IMG/VR virus record: IMGVR_UViG_2671180556_000014
Source of the DNA: a virus
Lineage: Duplodnaviria; Heunggongvirae; Uroviricota; Caudoviricetes
Reading direction: 5' to 3' (one strand)
DNA: 31,500 nt
Positions 1 to 8,603 of the stretch are shown here, one piece after another (position 1 is the stretch's first letter; each line of letters begins with the position of its first letter). The translations under genes were made by a program, and so were the position numbers. The notes under the pieces are model-generated. The model did no database searches. It was not told the DNA's origin and saw nothing but the letters and a program-made list of their open reading frames with translations.

Positions 1-996
1 TTATGGACGCATTATGGACATTCCTGACACCGGGTTAAGAGTCACAGCATCTTGTAAGAAATCCGGTGCAAAGTGTGCGTAGGTCATAGTTTGCTGAATG
101 TTAGAATGACCCAGGATGCGCTGCAATGTGATTATGTTACCTCCATTCATTATAAAATGTGTGGCAAATGTATGCCTCAAAACATGCACTGCCTGTCCGT
201 CAGGTAAATCGGGTTTTACTTCCCTGAGAGCGTTGCGCACTTTGTAGTAACTGGCATTAAAAAGCCTGCCTGAGTTTTTGGTCTTGATCCGTTTAATCAG
301 GTCCTGCGAAACGGGAATTGTCCTGCGCTTTCCGTTTTTAGTTTTCATAAACGTAACCATCTGGTTAATGATGTGTTCAGCTTTTAAATTAGACACTTCA
401 CTCCAGCGTCCACCAGTAGAAAGGCAGACCAGAGTCGCATTTAATTCATCACCATCGAGCATGGATAACAGCCGTGTAATCTCTTCACTGGACAAAAAAG
501 CCATTTCTGTAACAGCTTCACGTAATCGCTTAACCTCACGGAACGGGTTGTGAGAATGGTATTCACCGGCGTCAATTAACTTGGTGAACATCCCGCTCAT
601 TATTGCCAGATGCCGATTTACGCTGGCTGGTTTTAGACCATCGTTCATCATTACAACGCGATAATCAGTTATCGTTTTCTTTGTTAGCTGGTCAGCTCTG
701 GACACTCCCATTTCTGCAAATTTGGCGATTATTGTCGTCAAACGCCCCCGTTCAATATCTCCACGCTCATGTGATTTTCCGTGATATATCCACCATCTGC
801 CTAACAACTCTGTAAGAGTTCGGCGGTCGGCTGGCTTCTCCAGCCACTCTTTGTTGTGGTAGTTAACCAGTACATGACGTTCGAATGCTTGAGCTTCACC
901 TTTAGTTTTAAATTTCCGCCTGATACGTTTTCCATCTGCACCCTGCGGTCTGACGTCCACTTCATAACGACCATCATCGAGCTTTTTAATAGACAT
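1..996 (-). CDS. int: Phage integrase, tyrosine recombinase (P2 Int-like), 331 aa
   Basis: Full-length minus-strand ORF; C-terminal HVLRHTFATHF...GHSNIQQTMTYAH region typical of the tyrosine recombinase catalytic domain; located at prophage end next to the C repressor as in P2. Window begins exactly at its stop codon. Confidence 0.9.
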   Translation of the reverse strand: MSIKKLDDGRYEVDVRPQGADGKRIRRKFKTKGEAQAFERHVLVNYHNKEWLEKPADRRTLTELLGRWWIYHGKSHERGDIERGRLTTIIAKFAEMGVSRADQLTKKTITDYRVVMMNDGLKPASVNRHLAIMSGMFTKLIDAGEYHSHNPFREVKRLREAVTEMAFLSSEEITRLLSMLDGDELNATLVCLSTGGRWSEVSNLKAEHIINQMVTFMKTKNGKRRTIPVSQDLIKRIKTKNSGRLFNASYYKVRNALREVKPDLPDGQAVHVLRHTFATHFIMNGGNIITLQRILGHSNIQQTMTYAHFAPDFLQDAVTLNPVSGMSIMRP

Positions 997-1089
997 AAAG
1001 CCCTCCGATGACGCTGTTTACTTCTACTACTTGAAAATTAATGCAATTTTCTTTCGTACATTTACTGCACACATATGCTGAATAAATCG

Positions 1090-1401
1090 TCAGCCAGTCT
1101 TTTGGTCTGAGTGGTGCAAGGTTGTTGAGTCTTGCCCAATGTGCGCGAGCGCCGGGGCTATTTGTCCGCCAGCGGGATCAGTTTCATCAAACATGAACCA
1201 GTCACGGTACTTGCGAAATCTTTCTGGCTTGAAAAATTTCATGCCTGCGTCAAAAGACATCTTTACTTTTCCCTGCTCATATCCAGCATAGGTGTTGTAG
1301 TTAATTCCAGTTAATTCAGCAACTTGCTTCCTTGTCATTCTTTCTGACTCCCGAATAAGTGCGAGTTTCTCTGCTTGAGATGTGATTTGTGTATTTGACA
1401 T
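1090..1401 (-). CDS. C: Immunity repressor C (P2 C-type, HTH), 103 aa
   Basis: ATG at 1401 gives MSNTQITSQ...; helix-turn-helix segment RKQVAELTGINYNTY; C-terminal GQIAPALAH.GQ...HS.QKTG resembles P2 C as I recall it; divergent from cox. ORF-track start at 1449 is an upstream non-canonical extension. Confidence 0.75.
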   Translation of the reverse strand: MSNTQITSQAEKLALIRESERMTRKQVAELTGINYNTYAGYEQGKVKMSFDAGMKFFKPERFRKYRDWFMFDETDPAGGQIAPALAHIGQDSTTLHHSDQKTG

Positions 1402-1505
1402 GAATTGTCGTATCTCGTAATTTATGTTGCATGCGACACGCCAGAACAACGCAGAGCGGCTTCAAATAGCTCTGGTTGAATGGCACCAAAGTTGAGGATA
1501 TCAAA
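1402..1505. promoter_or_regulatory. Divergent immunity switch region (Pc leftward / Pe rightward promoters and operators), inferred
   Basis: Roughly 100-bp intergenic region between divergently oriented C and cox, the position of the P2 lysis-lysogeny switch. Individual -35/-10 and operator repeats not resolved by eye. Confidence 0.4.
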
Positions 1506-1862
1506 ATGAGTATTGGATCAGAAATGAATAACGATGTTGGAGAAAAAGTATCTGATCTCACAAAAAGTAAAAAATGTGACATCAAACTTGCAGCCGCACC
1601 GTCGGATTTGCTCTCGAAAGAGGGATTTGCTCTTTACATCGGTAAGACGCCTCGTGCTGTTGCTGAAATGGCGAAAGCAGGCAAGTTACCAGCCTTTTAT
1701 ATGACGGACCCATTAAAGCCGGGCGGTCATGCTGAGTTATGGATTAATCGCCGTGAGTGGGACAGGTACGCAGCCCAACTAGTTGATGAAGCTCCGACAG
1801 AATGGCATGACTGGAAAAATCGCATTAGTTACAGCAAATCAAGACATGGCCGTGCGGCTTAA
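1506..1862 (+). CDS. cox: Cox-like excisionase / early repressor
   Basis: First gene of rightward early operon, divergent from C; segment GKTPRAVAEMAKAGKLPAFYMTDP resembles the Cox/Apl DNA-binding region. Start uncertain: ATG at 1506 or 1524, while the ORF-track start at 1476 is TTG. Confidence 0.6.
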   Translation: MSIGSEMNNDVGEKVSDLTKSKKCDIKLAAAPSDLLSKEGFALYIGKTPRAVAEMAKAGKLPAFYMTDPLKPGGHAELWINRREWDRYAAQLVDEAPTEWHDWKNRISYSKSRHGRAA

Positions 1863-2043
1863 GGTGGAAAGGATGAACGAGCCTCGTTGTATTGCTCAGT
1901 TATTGCGTAATGAAAGCCCCAGGGCGATTGACTTCACCATCACCCACGGTAAGGGGCGTAAGGGAATCATTATCCGCACCAAAAAACAGAGTCCGTTAAA
2001 GAAGGCTCTGACCTTTCTGAAAAGCCGGAGGGTATGGAAATGA
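1807..2043 (+). CDS. Small early-operon protein (P2 orf78-like by position and length, 78 aa)
   Basis: ATG at 1807 gives exactly 78 aa; overlaps cox 3' end. Alternative ATG at 1873 has a better Shine-Dalgarno (AGGTGG, 5-nt spacer) and would give 56 aa. Confidence 0.4.
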   Translation: MTGKIALVTANQDMAVRLKVERMNEPRCIAQLLRNESPRAIDFTITHGKGRKGIIIRTKKQSPLKKALTFLKSRRVWK

Positions 2044-2540
2044 CAGTGATGACGCTCAATCTCGTTGAAAAACAGCCAGCAGCTATGCGCCGGATAATTG
2101 GTAAGCATCTTGCCGTTCCTCGCTGGCAGGATACATGTGATTATTATAATCAGATGATGGAGCGCGAACGGTTAACGGTTTGCTTCCATGCTCAGTTAAA
2201 ACAGCGTCACGCAACGATGCGTTTTGAAGAAATGAACGACGTCGAACGTGAACGACTGGTATGTGCAATTGATGAATTGCGTGGTGCATTCTCAAAACGC
2301 CGTCAGGTTGGCGCAAGTGAGTATGCATATATTAGTTTTTTAACAGTCAGTCAGCGTCGTACTTTATTTATGCATGCCGGATTGACTGAAAAAGAATTCA
2401 ACCAGCCATACTGGCGAATTAATGAAGAGTCATGTTACTGGCGTGATGCTTTATTCCGTGCATTACGTGAATTATTCAGTCTGTTTGAGTATGCACCGAC
2501 AATTCTGACGTCGGTAAAACCAGAGCAATATCTGCATTAA
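2040..2540 (+). CDS. B: Early-operon protein, probable P2 gene B homologue (replication accessory), 166 aa from ATG 2040
   Basis: Position between cox/orf78 and A matches P2 B; length from ATG 2040 is 166 aa, the length I recall for P2 B. GGAGG sits 8 nt upstream of 2040; ATG 2034 is also possible. Confidence 0.5.
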   Translation: MTVMTLNLVEKQPAAMRRIIGKHLAVPRWQDTCDYYNQMMERERLTVCFHAQLKQRHATMRFEEMNDVERERLVCAIDELRGAFSKRRQVGASEYAYISFLTVSQRRTLFMHAGLTEKEFNQPYWRINEESCYWRDALFRALRELFSLFEYAPTILTSVKPEQYLH

Positions 2541-2603
2541 GTAATTAACCAGAGTTTTTAACGCACTTAATTGTGCGGGGCTTCTTTTTGCCTGGAGAAA
2601 GTC

Positions 2604-2828
2604 ATGCATACAGTTTCTGAAAATCAGTGCGGTAAATACGCATTACTGCTGCAACAGGCCAGAACCGAAGCACAGGCCGATGCAGCGACGCGCTTTTCTT
2701 CTCATCTTGACGCCATGATTCGCCACATCACAAAGGCGGAGTTATCCCGCGTGGAGATAGTCGAGCTGCTCAGTCAGGAGTCGGAAAAATTTCACAACAT
2801 CGGATTGTCTCGCGGGGAGGTGCTTTGA
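2604..2828 (+). CDS. Hypothetical early protein (74 aa)
   Basis: ORF with GGAG 5 nt upstream of ATG 2604; the ORF-track start at 2571 is TTG. No recognisable motif. Confidence 0.45.
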   Translation: MHTVSENQCGKYALLLQQARTEAQADAATRFSSHLDAMIRHITKAELSRVEIVELLSQESEKFHNIGLSRGEVL

Positions 2829-3130
2829 TGTCCTGTTCTCGTTCAGTTGTTTTACTGAACAATGCCTTAAAAATCGCCGTTATGAAAAATGGCGATTTGT
2901 CTCTTATTCAACTTTGTCTTGATAAAGAAAAACGCGACATAACTGAATCTGTTATCGCGATTTATCAGAATGAATTAAACCTCCTGTCTGATGTGGTCAA
3001 TTTACTTGTTAAACGCGCTGTATTCCACAAGCAAATTTCCTCCGTGGATGAACTGACAAAATTAACGACAGAAATCGTCAGCTATTGCGCTGATGAATTT
3101 AAGAAACTGAACGACAAAAGGAACTGGTAA
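2825..3130 (+). CDS. Hypothetical early protein, AT-rich (101 aa)
   Basis: ORF whose start overlaps the previous stop (ATGA); composition visibly more AT-rich than flanking early genes; no recognisable motif. Confidence 0.45.
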   Translation: MMSCSRSVVLLNNALKIAVMKNGDLSLIQLCLDKEKRDITESVIAIYQNELNLLSDVVNLLVKRAVFHKQISSVDELTKLTTEIVSYCADEFKKLNDKRNW

Positions 3131-3354
3131 TGCCGGACAACGTAGATTTCATTCAGGAACAACAGGCTGAATTACTGGAGCGCCAGATTAACGCGGCAAG
3201 GGTAAAACATTGCGGTGTTTCTGCGCTGGTTTGCGAAGAGTGTGACGTGCCAATACCTGCTGCCCGTCGTGCGGCTTATCCGTCAGCCACGCGTTGTGTT
3301 TCCTGTCAGTCAGTCTTTGAAGCAAAAAACAAACATTACCGGAGAATGGCATGA
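3130..3354 (+). CDS. TraR/DksA-family C4 zinc-finger protein (74 aa)
   Basis: Four cysteines in CxxC...CxxC spacing (CEECDV...CVSC) after a helical N-terminus; typical phage TraR-like protein found in P2-like early operons. Confidence 0.65.
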   Translation: MPDNVDFIQEQQAELLERQINAARVKHCGVSALVCEECDVPIPAARRAAYPSATRCVSCQSVFEAKNKHYRRMA

Positions 3355-3626
3355 GTATTCGTATTGAAATTGGCGAACGTTATGTCGTTACCAGTGACAG
3401 CTTTCAGTTTATTCTCCACGAGAAAAAGAGAGCGGAAAGCGGTAAAAACGCCGGTCAGGAGTGGCTGGCGGTGGTTGGTTATTACCCGAAATTAAGCCAG
3501 CTCGTTTCCGGCCTGATGCATCACGATATTCTGACCGGAAGCGCAAAGTCTTTTGCTGATTTAAACGCGCAGGTTGAGCAACTCAGCAAGCGTTGTTCAG
3601 AGGCTTTTGGCTCATATGGCCGTTAA
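3351..3626 (+). CDS. Hypothetical early protein (91 aa)
   Basis: ORF overlapping upstream stop and the start of A; conserved position just before the replication gene. Confidence 0.5.
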   Translation: MSIRIEIGERYVVTSDSFQFILHEKKRAESGKNAGQEWLAVVGYYPKLSQLVSGLMHHDILTGSAKSFADLNAQVEQLSKRCSEAFGSYGR

Positions 3627-5895
3627 AGCCTCCGGGCATTTTGTCCCTCCGTCAGCATTTGCCGCAGGCACCGGTGAGATGTTTACCGGTGCTTATGCAT
3701 GGAACGCGCCACGCGAGGCCGTCGGGCGCGAAAGACCCCTTACACGTGACGAGATGCGTCAGGTGCAAGGTGTTTTATCCACGATTAACCGCCTGCCTTA
3801 CTTTTTGCGCTCGCTGTTTACTTCACGCTATGACTACATCCGGCGCAATAAAAGCCCGGTACACGGGTTTTATTTCCTCACATCCACTTTTCAGCGTCGT
3901 TTATGGCCGCGCATTGAACGTGTGAATCAGCGCCATGAAATGAACACCGACGCGTCGTTGCTGTTTCTGGCAGAGCGTGACCATTATGCGCGTCTGCCGG
4001 GAATGAATGACAAGGAGCTGAAAAAGTTTGCCGCCCGTATCTCATCGCAGCTTTTCATGATGTATGAGGAACTCTGCGATGCATGGGTTGATGCACATGG
4101 TGAAAAAGAATCGCTGTTTACGGATGAGGCGCAGGCTCACCTGTATGGTCATGTTGCTGGCGCTGCACGTGCTTTCAATATTTCCCCGCTCTACTGGAAA
4201 AAATACCGTAAAGGACAGATGACCACGAGGCAGGCATATTCTGCCATTGCCCGCCTGTTTAACGATGAGTGGTGGACTCATCAGCTTAAAGGCCAGCGTA
4301 TGCGCTGGCATGAGGCGTTACTGATAGCTGTCGGGGAGGTCAATAAAGACCGTTCTCCTTATGCCAGTAAACACGCCATTCGTGATGTGCGTGCGCGCCG
4401 CCAGGCAAATCTGGAATTTCTTAAATCGTGTGACCTTGAAAACAGGGAAACCGGCGAGCGCATCGACCTTATCAGTAAGGTGATGGGCAGTATTTCTAAT
4501 CCTGAAATTCGCCGGATGGAGCTGATGAACACCATTGCCGGTATTGAGCGTTACGCCGCCGCAGAGGGTGATGTGGGGATGTTTATCACGCTGACCGCGC
4601 CGTCAAAGTATCACCCGACACGTCAGGTCGGAAAAGGCGAAAGTAAAACCGTTCAGCTTAATCACGGCTGGAACGATGAGGCATTTAATCCAAAGGATGC
4701 GCAGCGTTATCTCTGCCGTATCTGGAGCCTGATGCGCACGGCATTCAAGGATAATGATTTACAGGTCTACGGTTTGCGAGTCGTCGAGCCACACCACGAC
4801 GGAACGCCGCACTGGCATATGATGCTTTTTTGTAATCCACGCCAGCGTAACCAGATTATTGAAATCATGCGTCGCTACGCGCTCAAAGAGGATGGCGACG
4901 AAAGAGGAGCCGCGCGAAACCGTTTTCAGGCAAAACACCTTAACCAGGGCGGTGCTGCGGGGTATATCGCGAAATACATCTCAAAAAACATCGATGGCTA
5001 TGCACTGGATGGTCAGCTCGATAACGATACCGGCAGACCGCTGAAAGACACTGCTGCGGCTGTTACCGCATGGGCGTCAACGTGGCGCATCCCACAATTT
5101 AAAACGGTTGGTCTGCCGACAATGGGGGCTTACCGTGAACTACGCAAATTGCCTCGCGGAGTCAGCATTGCTGATGAGTTTGACGAGCGCGTCGAGGCTG
5201 CACGCGCCGCCGCAGACAGTGGTGATTTTGCGTTGTATATCAGCGCGCAGGGTGGGGCAAATGTCCCGCGCGATTGTCAGACTGTCAGGGTCGCCCGTAG
5301 TCCGTCGGATGAAGTTAACGAGTACGAGGAAGAAGTCGAGAGAGTGGTCGGCATTTACGCGCCGCATCTCGGCGCGCGTCATATTCATATCACCAGAACG
5401 ACGGACTGGCGCATTGTGCCGAAAGTTCCGGTCGTTGAGCCTCTGACTTTAAAAAGCGGCATCGCCGCGCCTCGGAGTCCTGTCAATAACTGTGGAAAGC
5501 TCACCGGTGGTGATACTTCGTTACCGGCTCCCACACCTTCTGAGCACGCCGCAGCAGTGCTTAATCTGGTAGATGACGGTGTTATCGAATGGAATGACCC
5601 GGAGGTCGTGAGGGCGCTCAGAGGTGCATTAAAACACGGCCTGAGAAGACCAAACCGTCAGCAAAGAAACGGAAGCCCGTTAAAACCGCATGAAATAGCG
5701 CCATCGGCCAGACTGACCCGGTCTGAACGATTGCAAATCACCCGTATCCGCGTTGACCTTGCTCAGAACGGTATCAGGCCGCAGCGATGGGAGCTTGAGG
5801 CGCTGGCGCGTGGCGCGACCGTAAATTATGACGGGAAAAAATTCACGTATCCGGTCGCTGATGAGTGGTCGGGATTCTGGCATCAATTTGAGTAA
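3616..5895 (+). CDS. A: Replication initiation protein A (rolling-circle HUH endonuclease), 759 aa
   Basis: ATG at 3616 gives MAVKASGHFVPP...; contains HUH-type motif PHWHMMLF; length close to the 761 aa I recall for P2 A. ORF-track start at 3574 is an upstream extension. Confidence 0.9.
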   Translation: MAVKASGHFVPPSAFAAGTGEMFTGAYAWNAPREAVGRERPLTRDEMRQVQGVLSTINRLPYFLRSLFTSRYDYIRRNKSPVHGFYFLTSTFQRRLWPRIERVNQRHEMNTDASLLFLAERDHYARLPGMNDKELKKFAARISSQLFMMYEELCDAWVDAHGEKESLFTDEAQAHLYGHVAGAARAFNISPLYWKKYRKGQMTTRQAYSAIARLFNDEWWTHQLKGQRMRWHEALLIAVGEVNKDRSPYASKHAIRDVRARRQANLEFLKSCDLENRETGERIDLISKVMGSISNPEIRRMELMNTIAGIERYAAAEGDVGMFITLTAPSKYHPTRQVGKGESKTVQLNHGWNDEAFNPKDAQRYLCRIWSLMRTAFKDNDLQVYGLRVVEPHHDGTPHWHMMLFCNPRQRNQIIEIMRRYALKEDGDERGAARNRFQAKHLNQGGAAGYIAKYISKNIDGYALDGQLDNDTGRPLKDTAAAVTAWASTWRIPQFKTVGLPTMGAYRELRKLPRGVSIADEFDERVEAARAAADSGDFALYISAQGGANVPRDCQTVRVARSPSDEVNEYEEEVERVVGIYAPHLGARHIHITRTTDWRIVPKVPVVEPLTLKSGIAAPRSPVNNCGKLTGGDTSLPAPTPSEHAAAVLNLVDDGVIEWNDPEVVRALRGALKHGLRRPNRQQRNGSPLKPHEIAPSARLTRSERLQITRIRVDLAQNGIRPQRWELEALARGATVNYDGKKFTYPVADEWSGFWHQFE

Positions 5896-6021
5896 GGATC
5901 TCATCTATACAGTATAAGTAGTTTTGACTGTAATTGATTGTTTTTTATATGGTTGCATGCATTAAATCTACGTCAATATCATTATGTTATAATGCATTAC
6001 TTAAAAATGTTGGAGATAAAA

Positions 6022-6213
6022 ATGTTAAAGCCTGCAGATGTTGTTTGTTTGAAAAGCGGTGGATTTAAAATGACTGTATCTGACTCTACTGAAACTCATG
6101 CTAAATGTATTTGGCATGATAAAGAAGGAGTTTTGCACGAGGAGTCATTCTCCATTGATTTACTGGAAATAGCAGAGAGTAAAAGTGGTATGCTTTGTCG
6201 TCCACGTAAGTGA
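6022..6213 (+). CDS. Small protein with DUF2158/YodC-like motif (63 aa from ATG 6022)
   Basis: Motif VVCLKSGGFKMTV followed by CIWHD resembles the YodC/DUF2158 small-protein family (from memory). GGAG 6 nt upstream of ATG 6022; upstream in-frame starts at 5938 (TTG, 91 aa) or 5992 are possible. AT-rich. Confidence 0.45.
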   Translation: MLKPADVVCLKSGGFKMTVSDSTETHAKCIWHDKEGVLHEESFSIDLLEIAESKSGMLCRPRK

Positions 6214-6240
6214 ATCATAATAAAATTCACGGGGGAAAGT

Positions 6241-6921
6241 ATGAAACAATACAGCGAATTAGAAAACAATGTTAAGAGATTCATTGTTGAGCATGAAAAA
6301 GGGATTTCTATTGATGATATTCATCATAAGTTCCGGATGAAGGATGGTCAGAATCGCAAGATGGCAGATTATCTTATTGATAATAAAAAGATAATTTTGG
6401 AGATGAAAAGTCTTTTTTCTGACAGGGTCAAGAATGTCAATGATAAACTGAATGAGTTGGTTAAAACTGATAGTTGGCTTGCAAAAAACTGGCATGGTGC
6501 TATTCATTTAGAAGAGTTGATAAAAAGACACCCAGACTCAAAGCGATTTAGAAATGATATAATGAACTTTGCTTATGAAAATATTAAAACAAAGATAGTT
6601 AAGGAAGCTAATAAGCAAATAAATGCAACAAAGGATGTTTTGGATTTAAATGACTCGATTGGCGGGTTGATTTTGTTAAATGATAATGTCTTTTCACATG
6701 AGTCTAATTATTTGTCAGATGAAATATTATATTTGCTAGGCACAAAGAGATATTCGAGTGTTGAGTTTGTGGTTTATATTGCAAAATTGATTGATAAACA
6801 GGTTGATGTTTGTGTGCTACTTGACAGTCAATCTAAAAATAAAAATTATATTGAATGGTATATGAATAATGTTTTTTTATTGAACTGGGCGTCTTTTAAT
6901 AAATATGCAATAAAGATGTAG
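6241..6921 (+). CDS. Hypothetical protein, 226 aa, AT-rich accessory cargo (function unknown)
   Basis: Long ORF in strongly AT-rich DNA with lysine/asparagine-rich composition; ATG preceded by GGGGGAAAG; sits in the A-to-cos accessory slot. No catalytic motif recognised. Confidence 0.55.
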   Translation: MKQYSELENNVKRFIVEHEKGISIDDIHHKFRMKDGQNRKMADYLIDNKKIILEMKSLFSDRVKNVNDKLNELVKTDSWLAKNWHGAIHLEELIKRHPDSKRFRNDIMNFAYENIKTKIVKEANKQINATKDVLDLNDSIGGLILLNDNVFSHESNYLSDEILYLLGTKRYSSVEFVVYIAKLIDKQVDVCVLLDSQSKNKNYIEWYMNNVFLLNWASFNKYAIKM

Positions 6922-7240
6922 TGGTGTGGATGGATATGAAATGAGTCAACCAAGATGCACCTTGGTCAGTAATCTCATGTGAGATACCACATATAACACC
7001 AAAAGTGTCAGGTTGATGGCCATTGTTCACCGTTTACAGCAGATTATGGTCAACGAAAATCTGACGCCTGACGAGCTGGTCGGGTGTGCCGAAATAGTCT
7101 GGGATAATTACGGGCGGTTTAACTATATCGGTCAGTCCAGAGTTGCGCCACCACCACGCAGACGATAGAGAACGCCGCCAGTCGTGAAACTTGTTTTCAG
7201 GCTGGCGGGGTTGAACAACGAGCGAAGTGAGGCGTTAGCA

Positions 7241-8182
7241 TTAAGTTAATTTTAATGAATGGTACTCTATCGAGCTGATTGTAGATGCGATATATTTACG
7301 ATCATTTACAGAGAGTATTGCCGCTAGTAGACGACATACCAGAGCCTGCATTTGTAGCAATATATCGCTACCATATTGACAATCATTGATACTAGAGAAA
7401 CCAAGCGGTTGCCCATTAAAAATGGCTTCATGAAAATTATCATTGCGTATAACTGAAACATTACATTCATCTGTTGCCCATGACGGGATTTTTACACCGT
7501 AATTTTCGCACATCCAATACACTCTATTTTGATGAGATGGTTTTTTCTCTTTAATGACTTTATCCCTTTTATCCCATGCTATAGCAAAACAGCAATCAAG
7601 AGCCATATAAAGATACTGGAATTTCTCAAAGGAAAGGTATAGTGGGTTATGTGACAGGAATAGGGAGTGTATCACCGCAGCTATTCTTTTAATGGAGCGA
7701 TCATCTTTTTGTTTGTCTTTTATATAGTTAAGTGCTAGCTCTATTACTTCTTTTTCAGAGCATCCAACGAGAATAAAGTCGGTTAACTTAGTGGGCTTGA
7801 TAGTGGTTGCATCAAGAAAACCAGCGTCAGTGGTTGTCAATCTTATACCCTTGAAAAAAGAGAGGCACCACACAACAAAGTTGAGAGTTTCTAACGAGGA
7901 TGTGTTTTTTAATTTTAGTGTGTGCGTTTTGGGCATGCCGAATACTCGGTAACTATAAGGCATTGTGCATGTGTCACCATTAAGGTTATATACCTTTCGA
8001 TTCCCAGGGTATATCCAACCATTAACAACGTTTTTATCATTGTTAATACGTTCCACGTTCTCAATAAGACCGGGTAAAGTACGCAAAGAAAATTGTTCAG
8101 TCTCAATGTTAACTTCTACTGGATAGTATCCAAACTCCGAAATAATCTCATTTGGTTGCTGTTCGTCAACTTCACCTTGCAT
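7241..8182 (-). CDS. Hypothetical protein, 313 aa, AT-rich accessory cargo (function unknown)
   Basis: Long minus-strand ORF in AT-rich DNA immediately left of cos, convergent with the 226-aa gene. No Walker, HUH or other motif recognised. Confidence 0.55.
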   Translation of the reverse strand: MQGEVDEQQPNEIISEFGYYPVEVNIETEQFSLRTLPGLIENVERINNDKNVVNGWIYPGNRKVYNLNGDTCTMPYSYRVFGMPKTHTLKLKNTSSLETLNFVVWCLSFFKGIRLTTTDAGFLDATTIKPTKLTDFILVGCSEKEVIELALNYIKDKQKDDRSIKRIAAVIHSLFLSHNPLYLSFEKFQYLYMALDCCFAIAWDKRDKVIKEKKPSHQNRVYWMCENYGVKIPSWATDECNVSVIRNDNFHEAIFNGQPLGFSSINDCQYGSDILLQMQALVCRLLAAILSVNDRKYIASTISSIEYHSLKLT

Positions 8183-8420
8183 AACTTTCTCCGTTCAAAA
8201 ACAGGCACGATAATTCTCGTAAGCCTATCATGTTCGCAAAGTATCCATACCTGTGGATTTTGTAAATTTAAGTTGATTTGTCATTAAATAAGCTGTTGCA
8301 TGCAACAAGTGAATGTTTTTGCATGCGTCGGGGATGTCCGTTCAGGCTGCGTGCGGTCAGGACTGGTGCGGATCCATAGTATCTATGCAACTGCATTAAA
8401 ACCGCCCCATGAAGCGGGCG

Positions 8421-8439
8421 GGCGAGGCGGGGAAAGCAC
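8421..8439. other. cos cohesive-end site (P2-type 19-nt sequence GGCGAGGCGGGGAAAGCAC)
   Basis: Exact 19-mer that I recall as the P2 cohesive end, located just beyond Q as in P2; flanked by G-rich repeated motifs. Confidence 0.55.
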
Positions 8440-8580
8440 TGCGCGCTGGCGGTGGTGCTGATTTTATTTTTTCAGCGTCTGAGCGCGTCGTGATGGCGTT
8501 TAGATTGTTAGCCGGGGCGTTGGTGTGTCTGCGGGCTGTTTTGTGCGGTGGTGAGCGTGTGAGGGCGTGATGGCGGGTTG

Positions 8581-8603
8581 TAAAAAAGCCGCCCGCAGGC
8601 GGC
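8581..8603 (-). terminator. Rho-independent terminator downstream of Q (minus strand)
   Basis: Perfect 6-bp GC stem (GCCGCC / GGCGGC) with 4-nt loop; on the minus strand it is followed by a run of six T; lies 5 nt past the Q stop. Confidence 0.55.

Noticed and set aside
8093-8287. 64-aa plus-strand ORF overlapping the 5' end of the 313-aa cargo gene and its upstream region
   Set aside because: It overlaps the stronger minus-strand ORF and its promoter region, has no ribosome-binding site and a low-complexity hydrophobic sequence; probably not coding.
5953-8326. Short palindromic motif TTGCATGCA occurring at 5953..5961, 8295..8306 and 8318..8326, flanking the cargo locus
   Set aside because: Only 8-12 bp in AT-rich DNA where such palindromes arise by chance; cannot be distinguished from coincidence without comparative data. 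It could still be an operator, so worth a look if related loci become available.
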